A stretch of 64,000 bases of DNA from positions 62,001 to 126,000 of the forward strand of contig JASANG010000627.1 in NCBI GenBank assembly GCA_030248215.1, in the 5' to 3' direction. This DNA comes from Enoplolaimus lenunculus (Eukaryota). Below the pieces are notes generated by a model, which did not search any database, was not told where the DNA came from, and saw only the letters and a list, made by a program, of their open reading frames with translations. Of this stretch, positions 55,801 through 64,000 are shown piece by piece. A program made the position numbers and the translations under genes. Within the stretch, counting starts at the first letter, position 1. The number at the start of each line of letters is the position of its first letter.

Positions 55801-58800
55801 TTTTCTAGGGGGGGGGGGCAAAACTTTTTTAGGGTGGGGGCTGAGCCCCCCTTGACTATGGACCCGTAATTCCATATTATATATGTTAAGAATTAAATGT
55901 GTGGGGCACCTATTTGCGCTCGTGGCCAGGGGGAGGAGGGCAAGAAGCGCTCAGCTCTCGTTCGAAAAATTTTGGCACCCCTTAGAAAATTTTCAACCTT
56001 GCTTGTAACTCGTTGAAAATCTTTGTCTACCCTTCCCGAAAAAATTTTTAGTCGCCCCCCCTAGCAAGGTGACCTGGCTACGGGCCTGCACCAATTCCAC
56101 AGAACTATGCCGAGTAAATCAAACGTTAATAAAAGTGTGCTTAAATTTCAAACTTCAATAGTATCTGGTTCGAACGTAGAACAGACATTTAAAGAATACG
56201 GAATTAAATCAAACAAGACTGCTGTAATTAGCGAGATCTTATCAAACATTATTGTTTTCAAAATATATTTGAAAGCTGTTCTGCTTTGCTGGTTTAGTAT
56301 TAAAGAGTTCATTAATGTGTATAAGGAAAACGTAAACAATGTTAGATATCTAAACGAAGAAATGCGGCACAATGTGTTTGAATAAAATACTCATATTTGG
56401 ACTCTGTTCAATAAAAACTATTGCTCGTATGAACATTCTCTGTTATGAGCCATGATGGAGAAACATAACGCGTGAACACTAGCGGATTCAGAAGAGGGAA
56501 CGTACGGCCCCTGTCAGGTGAACACTAGCGGATTCAGTAGTGGGAACGTACGGCCCCTGTCAGAAATTGTTTTATGATAAAATGGTAACTTCCCTACTTT
56601 ACAATTTTTCCCCTCAGAAAATTGGCACGTATATATCATATTGTAAAAGTTGCGTTTGATACCTTTTGTGCCAACCAGCCTCCACGTCAGAAACTTCTGG
56701 GTCCGCCGCCGTACTTGAAACAAACCATCTTTCGTAAAACAGCGGCGTCGTTTTTTTATAGAAGCCGGGGTCACACCTTTGCGCAGAGAGGTTTTGAAAT
56801 TATGAGTACTTTTCTTTCCAGTGAAAATTGCAATATGGCGTACGCAAGTATATTGTGGCTGATGCATTACAAAACGGTGATGTTTTAAACAGTACTACAG
56901 ACCAGTAAATAGCACTATGTACAAACGCAGCAACCTAAAGACTTACTATTCAACATGGTACAACCTCTATGATAATAGGCCTTTCTTTCTTTACCACATA
57001 AATTAATATTTATCCAGCGGCGGGTTCAGAAATTTCTGACGAGGCGCAAGCTGGCAAAAGTTATGAAACGCAATTTTTACTGTATGCAATAGAAACCTTA
57101 TCATTTTATCACAAAAACTATTCTGACGGAAGGGAAGGCGTACACCATCCCCACACTGAATCCGCTAGTGTATTTATGCTATATATGAACACTCTGGTAC
57201 ATGAACATGAAACTAAATTCGTCATATGCGAGTAAAAACTGATTCAGATCGCTTAGATTCGTCTTAGTAAATACAAATAAAGATTATGCTTAAAGCACAA
57301 AATTAAATAATAAAAATAATAATAATAATAATAAAGAAGCAAAAATAGACATAAAAGAACCTTACGCAACAATTGAAAACTACTTACCTGAGCTGTGACG
57401 GAATTCAACTTTTCGTAAATGAAAATCACGTACGTTCCAGCACTGCCCGTTGTAATGATTATTTGAAACGTATTCCGATTGTCCTAAAACAAAACCAAAA
57501 TCTAAAATAAGTGAAGTATCAAAAAGTGTAAAATTAAGTGATAAACAAAACAAATCAACCTGGTGTATTTTTCAACTCTATAACTTTCTGCAAGCCTTAG
57601 GGCTGTGTTACGCTTCACTGTTCCGCGCAGTGCTGCGCAGCCCCGGAACTTCAGATATTCAGAAAGGCGGTGTCCGGCACCGCGTATTTTATAAAAAATA
57701 ATTTTTCGACATGAATTTGCTCCACCCTTACCATTGCATTAGTGGTAAGTTTTCATTATAAGTTATACCCTTAACCATTATGCGCGGTAAGTTTCCAAAG
57801 GACAAGCATTTGAACAGTCCATTAATTTTGTGCATAAGGATTGTTCTTATTAAGACTACTACCTTTAGGGTGGCGATATAATTTTGATGACGTCTGACGC
57901 CGTCTGTCGCCACCGTCAATGGACAAACTTCGTCTGCCTGCAAACTGCACGGAGGTTTATTTTAAAATTAAAGTTTACAAATTCAAAAAACCTACTGTAG
58001 TGACCTGAATAAGAAGGGGTATGGGGGCTAATATTTATTTGGGCTCTCTAGAGGGTGCCCCCTGTTATTCGATTACGGACTGTTATTTGTTTTTAACCCT
58101 CCTCCGCCGCCCTTCGTTACTGGTATATATCCGGTTGTGTAACTATCCGTTGAATTAAACGTTTATTTGTGTTGTATCATAAACTTGAGCGATAATGCAA
58201 GATTACACTTAGGAATGTACTTTCAAAACTTTAAGTATGCTTTAAGGTTTGGAACTGAACCTTATTTGGTTCCGGAGTCATTTATGCCCTTCAATTAGGG
58301 ATAATCGACATTTACAGACTCTAATTAGGGTTCAGAGACTATCCGCTCATAGTCTCTTATTAGGGATACGGACTACTATTGATTGAGCCTCAAAATAGAG
58401 ACGCCCTCTTATTACCCCTCCCCTCTTATTCGGGTCACTATAGTACCTTAGATCCGAAACGATCAATATCAACGGGAAGAACATTTTCGTACGTAATCAC
58501 TGTAGAAGAGTGAGCGGTAAACGTAGGCTCGTTGAAATCTTCCTGTATATTTAGCGAGCTTCGCAGAAGCAGAGTCGCGTCTGAAAAAAAACTGTAAAAT
58601 CCGATTCGGTAGTGTATCATTTAATGCGTTACTGGCAGATACAAAGCGGATCACTTAGACCAGGCCCCCAACCCAAAACAGGGACCAAAACTAACATTTT
58701 GCATTAAGATTTACTTCGAACTACAATATACCTCGAATGCACCCGATATCCCAATTGGGCCTGATCTTGTGAATGCGTCCTACTCAGAAGACACTGGTTT

Positions 58801-61800
58801 TCCAGAAGCCACAATTTTAATCTTGGTTAGCACAGTACTTCCTGGATTGAACTAAAATTTCAAGGAAGTTAAAGTGAACAATTTAGTATAATCGAACGCT
58901 GGATATTTCAATTTGTACAAATTAAAGTTATTTTTTTTCAAACTCTGATAAACATAAAAATACACAGGAACGCGGCGAAGTAAAGCCTCACATTTAAATT
59001 TCAATTAAACGACCGTGATTAGTACCATTTCAAGCAAGTTTTCCAAAACTAAAATTGTACGCAAATATTACTTGAAAATTGGTCAAATTGTTCAAGTTAC
59101 TATTACCCGTTGTTTGTTTCACAAAGACACCGCCGCCTTTCGTCATATCGACCGCTTCATACAACGGTGCGACACCAGTTGAATCCAAATTTTCAATCCC
59201 AATCGCTTCGTATGACAGTAACTTTTTATCGAAAGTTACTATTCCATTTGCTGACACCTATAACAGAACAATAGTGCAACGGTAAAGTTAATAACACAAA
59301 AGATTTAACAAATTTTTGTAAAAACATTTCAGAGACAGTCCATGCAGTTCGTATATGATCGTAAACAGCAAAACAATTGTCAGACAAGACATATTAGAAT
59401 TAATATGTTATTCCAAGCTAAGCGCTAGATTATTTGGTGCAACCGCAATTTCAGTTCCGGCGTTTTTTCACGTTCCAGTTTCGGTTCAGTAAATTTGTTT
59501 CGGTTCAGTAAATTTCTATCGGAATTAGCAATTCCGGTATTAAATTTTAGCCGTTTAGCTAAAAAATTAAAATGAACTTTTCAGCGGTATATATTTTTAA
59601 CTTTCCGGTTCCAATTCCGGTTCTGGCAAACGCTAATTCCGGTTGCACTGCAGTATGACAAACTAAAGTTGTAGGAACAACGTTTAAAGCCAGAAGTCTG
59701 AAACTGAATTAAACGTAACACTTACATAAAGGTTGGTGTATTCTTTGCCCAAAAATTTAATCGGATACATCAAAGGTACTTCTAAAATCGCGTTGTTTTC
59801 TTGCGGCAACTGAGCATCATTATATCTACTGAACGGATAGAGTATTGTTTCTAAAATTATGGACTAGACGCCCTGTATCACCGATAAAACTAACTCCACC
59901 TTATAATATATCTTCCAATTTTTCTCGCTAAATGACATGAAACCGTTGCTACAGATTGCAGGAAGCATAGTTGACAACAGAAAATAATCAGACTCGTACT
60001 TATAGCGTTTACTAGATGGGCCCGTAGCCAAAGTCGTTCAGGAAAGACTCACTGAGCCTCTCCTGCCAAAATTTTGGCGCCCTAGAAAATTTGCAACCTT
60101 GTTTGCAAGTCAACGAAAACCCTTTTGTGTCCCTCCTGAAACAATTTTAGCCCCCTAGCAAGGGCCACCGGCCTGTCACTTTAATCAAATTTACAGCGTT
60201 GACTTGACAAAATATTGCTAATTCATACCTGAGCATTGAAATCCGTTGCCTGAATAACCTTCTAAACATATACATTGATATGAGCCAGGTGTATTGTGGC
60301 ATACTGCAGATCGAGCGCACGGTTCTTGTTCGCATTCATCAATATCTGAAACAAAAATATTAATATTAAATATACAAAACAAAATACATCTTTACATTTC
60401 ACCATCATGGACATAAGTACAAGACCCGAGGGAGAACCACTGCCTTTTTGGACAAATTTCCACCGCTTCCTGATAAATTGTTTTGGACACCATTCAAAAA
60501 AGCAGGAAAATTTTGTTAATTGTAGATTGGCCCATGTATAGAACAGGACCGGAACAGTAGTATAAGCATATTCCTAAATCTAAGCCTAAGCCTAAGCCTA
60601 TGCGTAAGGATGAACCTATTCCTAATCCAACGCCTAAGCCTAAGCCTAAAGCCTAAGCAAAAGTTTGTCTAAAGCTTAAAGTGACTCTATTACAGCCCCG
60701 CAGCAAAACCATACGGCCCTGTTCTATACATGGGCCATTGTAGATTACGGGCCTCTTTCGTACCAAAATGATCAAGATATAGGTCTAACCGACCACAGCA
60801 ATATGTATTTAGGTATTGTAGCAAACCCGAATAAGAAGGATGTTCTTGACTTGCCCAAAACTGTAATTGCAGCAACATTATAGAAATACGCTGAGTTGTA
60901 AAAATTGTTTTTGGAACGATTACCGTAAATACCCGGCAGTATACGGTAGGTTTTTACCGAAGCCGGATAGAAAGAACGGTTTTCTGCCGTATATTAAACC
61001 GGAACCGGATATCGGTCGTAACCTTGGTGCTTTAATAGTAGAATAGTTATACACAACTACAATCTAAAATACTAAAATTACTAACACTCGAACGTACCCA
61101 CACATTCAGCTAAATCGTTGTTATGTACGAAGCCATCAAAACAATTGCAATGATACGCTCCAAGTTTATTTTCACAGTTCGCATTTGGTCCGCAATAAAA
61201 TTCCGGTATTAAACATTCGTTAATATCTGAAATAAGTAGTCCATATGAAACACTGATATTTTACGATATCTCTGTTAAAATAAACGCGTTGAGTGATACT
61301 AAAACCTCGATTGTAACAATCGGGGCAGAATTATGTCATTTGAGATGCAAAAACAGCAAACAATGATGGACCTTTATCAAAAGTTTTGAATAAATTATAC
61401 GACGACACCTGCATGAAATAAACGTCATTCTAAGGTTTCAAGCAAGCATATGACGATAGGCTAATGTGATAATTGCAACAACTTATTACAACATTTATAC
61501 GCAGGCATGACATTTGTCTAGCACACATTTCAGGTATACACCCACACATATCACGAATATATATCATATATATATAATGCATATGTAATATATATCCTAT
61601 ATCCCACACACACGCTTGTCGATAACAAAACTTAGCAGACTTACCGATACAACCCAAGATGCTGGTCGGGTTTCCATTATATCCGGTTTTGCACCGACAT
61701 TCGTATCCGCCATTCAAATTGACACACAATGACGTATTTCCACCGGGACATGTAACAAGTCCTTCGGCGCATTCATCAATATCTAAAATTTGCGATTTTC

Positions 61801-63824
61801 CAATAATTAGTTATCAAGTATATGGTAAGTTTATCCACAAATTTATCATCTTCTGCGTCAAAACTGCTCGATTACTTTGTGCGAAAACATCACCAATCCA
61901 CTAGTAGGTGTTTCGGCCACTGTATAGAACGGGGCCGTAACAGCAGTATAAGCATATTTTTAAGCCTAAACCTGAACGTAATAATTAACTTATATCTAAG
62001 CCTAAGCAAACAAATTAGTTTAAAGCTTAAGCTTATTCTATTGCAGTTGCACGTCCACAGAACAAACGTTCCGCCGCGATGTTTACATGGACGTTTTTTG
62101 AATGTGCATCGAACTGTTTTACCTTAGCATATATGATAAATCAAAAACAGCAATATTCTGTTGATCTAAATACTTAACAGGTTATATTCAGTAAATTTCA
62201 AGTTGGTCGAAAATACAACATGTTTTTGTTATTAATTTTTTAAGCTCATTTTGTAATACCTATATTGCTCTCTGTTAATAATTGCTGATTAGAGACCTGA
62301 TATAAGCTCAACTCTTCAAAGTATCCGTTATCGAAACAATATGTGTTCACTAGAACTAGTTTCAGGTTGTCCTAAATGTACATCGTTCAAGTTCTTTGTT
62401 TACTATGTAAAAGTATATACTGAAGCATGATCAAAGAAATACCGCGTATTCTAGAACCCTTACCAACACACTGATCGCCAGCAGCTTTGAATCCATCTTC
62501 ACATAAACAGTTGTAACCACCTTCGGTATTTTGACACCTCGCGTTTCCAACGCATGCGTTTTCAATATAACATTCGTTTATGTCTAAAACAGCAATTATA
62601 TAAGATAAATACTTAGCTAAAAACAGTTTTGATAAATTGTATGAAGGTTAAGTTAACACGGAAGAACCGGATATGGTTCCTTTGGCTGGTTTTAAGCTGT
62701 CTAAGGGCCCCATTTTTCGAACAAAGCAGAACACCCTTCATTCGAGTTTGTTATAAAGCGCCCACTTGAACTCGCTCTTATGTCCATGTATAACAATTTT
62801 CTGACGTACGCAAAAATAGCAATCCCAATGATTCATGTTGAGATAAATCCTTCAATGGTCCGCACGCCATCCGGCCAAGGCATCTAATTTGGATCTATCT
62901 TTTCATTGAATGAAATCAGCTCTATTTTAGCTCTAAGGTTGAGTCTGTTTATCAGATTGTAACATATAGTTGAATATTCTTTTAATGCATTCTGAAATTT
63001 GTACCTGCACAAAATATACCATCACCAGACCAGCCGCGATCACAAATACACGTTGGTTCGTCTTGTAGTATTTGACAATGCCCGTGTTCTCCGCATCTGA
63101 GGTTGCATCCTTGAAATTCTTCGATTCCTGCCGTAACTGTGAACTCAGGCAAAATAACAGTTGGGCTGAAACAAAACCAACAATTAATTCTAATAATTTA
63201 AGCGAGACTTACTTTTTAAAATTGAGCGCACAAAATATAGCAAATTTTAATAAAGCCTATTCAAGACAACTACAATATATATGAGAGCCTTCGCGGATAA
63301 ACTTAAAACGAAATTTTTCTAGAAATCACGGGCATCCCGTAAAAACATGATATTCGACCCAATTGTGATGTTTTTCTCCCAACTTTTGTGTGATCCTTGG
63401 CTTAGAAATTGAAGAAAATGCGAAAACATTTTTAAAACTTTAAATCTCTCTTCATTAGAACGTGATGATATTTCAGTATATAGAATACGTCAGCTCAATA
63501 TTTTTATTTCAAACAAACAAAACCAATTCTCTGCTTTGTTTATTTCACATTTTTTACCAAATATAAAGTCAATCAGAACCAGCACAACAAAGAAAAAAAT
63601 CGACAAAACTACTCAAACTACTTGAAATTCCTCGAGTAAAATATTTGAATATGAATTATAGTCAGACTGAATTATTTTCACTTCTTACTTGGGCGGTTCT
63701 ATGGAAGCTGGTTGCTGTTCAGGAATATTAAACTGTTCATTTGGAACCCGATTTGTGCTCGGTAGCAGCTCAGGGACATGTTCAACGACTACTTCCTGCT
63801 CATCTGTGTCTTTGATGAATTCGT
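25822..63824 (-). CDS. DEX-1-like type I membrane NIDO/EGF protein, 3' part (5' end lies off the right edge)
   Basis: Phase-compatible exons: 63689-63824; 63005-63165 (EGF); 62464-62583, 61645-61782, 61098-61226 and 60229-60345 (four Ca-binding EGF, DI[N/D]EC); NIDO 59726-59850, 59107-59257, 58447-58580, 57388-57483 (NTFQIII..FIY) and 36956-37136 ([23 protein letters not shown]); EGF 35901-36023 and 35338-35466; stalk 34644-34876, 32892-33036 and 32056-32394; TM 26726-26810 ([28 protein letters not shown]); last exon 25822-26059 ending YSNGYQV*. Confidence 0.9.
26316..26718. mobile_element. MITE family A copy
   Basis: ctgtagcgacccgaataa ... ttattcgggtcagtacag-TA, with the shared internal body. 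Confidence 0.82.
30361..30471 (+). repeat. Perfect interstitial telomere-type array (TTAGGC)18
   Basis: 18 uninterrupted CTTAGG units plus CTT. TTAGGC is the established nematode telomere repeat. Confidence 0.97.
38229..38510. mobile_element. Family D Harbinger-type MITE
   Basis: TTA on both sides. Colinear with 23995-24270. Confidence 0.82.
39448..39896. mobile_element. MITE family A, full copy (opposite orientation to 57995)
   Basis: ctgtactgacccgaataagagg ... cctcttattcgggtcactatag-TA, with the shared internal body. Confidence 0.85.
44660..44870. repeat. Degenerate (GTTT)n/(GCTT)n microsatellite
   Basis: Visible simple repeat. Confidence 0.75.
45310..45577. mobile_element. Family D Harbinger-type MITE
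   Basis: TTA on both sides. Ends aaaacttgcacgtgtgaatagagct. Confidence 0.82.
46627..47108. mobile_element. Degenerate Mutator-like element with ggacaatt subterminal repeats
   Basis: gagccg ... cggctc ends. ggacaatt repeats on the left and attgtcct/attatcct on the right. No clear TSD. Confidence 0.4.
49320..49400 (+). pseudogene. tRNA-derived sequence (tRNA pseudogene or SINE head)
   Basis: A box TGGCTCAGTGG and B box GAGTTCGAAACC at tRNA-like spacing, loop CTGATAA, TTTT downstream. The anticodon and acceptor stems do not pair. Confidence 0.65.
49678..50311. repeat. Tandem repeat, 8 x 79 bp
   Basis: ttgcaaaacc recurs at 49691, 49770, 49849 ... 50244. Units are nearly identical, with no spacers. 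Confidence 0.95.
52718..55567 (+). CDS. Intronless rhodopsin-family (class A) GPCR with a very long ICL3, possibly AEX-2/AEXR-like
   Basis: 949-aa ORF from the first ATG. N-glycosylated N-terminus (NST x3) and seven hydrophobic segments: TM2 SLVAAD, TM3 ALNHL in place of DRY followed by YPLRH, TM4 W..P, TM6 FALGWLP, TM7 [13 protein letters not shown]. Subfamily is an inference from remembered motifs. Confidence 0.93.
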   Translation: MSQNSTTAFNSTSTTTNSTEPFEKLICDANCRFYLYPTIIGIWSVALITNLIILISCLWLKRGSSMNLMFCISLVAADTWASLVNIYVLCYTFYIGFVQHGATSAATGCIILTASALMWSSSLTCVVHLLAIALNHLFGTVYPLRHKFYATAKIAKMLITVMWLVPLTTYMLVIGVQPEKGYRGGVIRSYYPEKPYEMVEFSTNISFELNSTQRSEDIVINTTSVIHYMEIGCPFEDHMYFEFRLGQTIPFCSAFIATVIAYAYIMFKIESRTLALAGTARPARTVAPETELATSRDLLSSMVVQNRRYASFWPADSRRRESNMVPLLGSRSGSRKSTGHPSSLRSPATTATNLTVLSTPQKSVTPLQARSARRASELCKSITDRNFIRTARKRSVTFAAVRPTQSQLDKSLGPITNRDSKSNNRSDELFANQTVDPSNTSNEINKFHNVSIDDFQTSLLCNCTKSNQIAKSELLPILSKPPISKPFSKQHSCDSNNFSKIAPQVLTDLNNGLNLTANTNPCSDLTANKKLCLKSKASKNTSFDSAVNKNLCLNSTSNKNSGSNIAANKNSCSNLTTNKNSSSNLTTNKNSCSISTTNTNSCSNSTTNQNMAKSSLDSFPVYKQLKQFRNYLHSTNSSPALISAQTQPANRQSFELHDKQWPVKKRAAELNNTLERNGYSVAQDSKITKDDAEDTDEMNRNCEIQTHSATQHSSGQLPFQKSPSQTFADEISDSDSDPIEFEIGVNQTGANSNYPPSKGCDSNHRALSVETDKLVVRQPAHRTSSSSLPSKLITISNGNSPGVSKYSDNTTGPGSFISTTNSAKYRQSEGRNFSIFAGGPGQATSTLRSRKHGITTTLLITGSFALGWLPITICNQLICHEGCLLPIVSNQNLATLLTTSTYLLIIVKHMFNAVIYALRIPEIRHAMNRMWARILTLARTRRGAEVAVL
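54251..54547 (+). repeat. In-frame 30-bp coding minisatellite (~10 copies) in the GPCR ICL3
   Basis: Units like taacaaccaataaaaactcgtgttcaaatt every 30 nt, encoding variants of [10 protein letters not shown]. Confidence 0.9.
55925..56088. mobile_element. Dispersed GGCCCGTAGCC-ended MITE family F (representative copy)
   Basis: Core agaaaattttcaaccttgcttgtaa..ctagcaaggtgacctggctacgggcctg recurs at ~3947-4073, 17135-17293, 27700-27834, 34411-34566, 55741-55866 and 60018-60175. Confidence 0.7.
56472..56563. repeat. 46-bp tandem duplication of a MITE end
   Basis: gtgaacactagcggattcag.ag.gggaacgtacggcccctgtcag twice, with 2 mismatches. Confidence 0.88.
57995..58443. mobile_element. Tc1/mariner-type MITE, family A (~450 bp), full copy
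   Basis: TIRs ctgtagtgacctgaataaga / tcttattcgggtcactatag with TA on both sides. Homologous to copies at 39448, 26316, 17966 and 1960. Confidence 0.85.
59437..59648. mobile_element. ttccgg-rich MITE
   Basis: gtgcaaccg ... cggttgcac inverted ends. Related sequence at ~51890-52185. Confidence 0.5.
60529..60736. mobile_element. Mutator-like MITE (family E) with a degenerate GCCTAA core
   Basis: TIR ggcccatgtatagaacagg / cctgttctatacatgggcc. Exact 10-bp direct repeat attgtagatt at 60519-60528 and 60737-60746. Confidence 0.85.
61915..62092. mobile_element. Family E MITE
   Basis: ggccactgtatagaacggggccgtaacagcagtataagcat plus GCCTAA core. A similar copy lies at 16446-16635. Confidence 0.7.
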
Positions 63825-64000
63825 CTGAAAACCAATTGATTGCGCAGGTTAGCATAAAATGTATCTTCCACAATATCATAAGCCACCAGGTAACTTTTGG
63901 GCGTTAGTGGTAGATGGGCACTAAAGCTTTTTTGGCTGCAGTGTATTGGCTATTCAAGCTTAGGCACACTAAAGCTTAAAAACTTCAGTAGCTTGTACAC

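Overview
AT-rich eukaryotic DNA, inferred to be nematode from TTTCAG/TTTTAG splice acceptors, TTAGGC telomere-type repeats and a dex-1-like gene. Splicing the minus strand by hand gives two multi-exon NIDO/EGF coding regions, each cut by a window edge. (1) 8747 down to <672 is an N-terminal part: signal peptide, furin site, NIDO, three EGF-like modules, then a second NIDO. (2) >63824 down to 25822 is a C-terminal part: five EGF, NIDO, two EGF, low-complexity stalk, TM helix and a tail ending YQV*. A ~20.25-kb intron (37137-57387) splits the NIDO domain of region 2. It hosts an intronless plus-strand class A GPCR (52718-55567) with a ~580-aa third intracellular loop. Non-coding DNA is dense in MITE families (TA, TTA, TTAA, 2-bp and 8-10-bp target duplications). 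One family carries degenerate telomere repeats, one carries a tRNA-type Pol III promoter, and one copy has inserted into a splice donor. There is also a perfect intronic (TTAGGC)18 array, an 8 x 79-bp tandem repeat and a tRNA-like relic. I found no CRISPR, rRNA or autonomous transposase/RT. Family names come from recalled motifs, not database searches.
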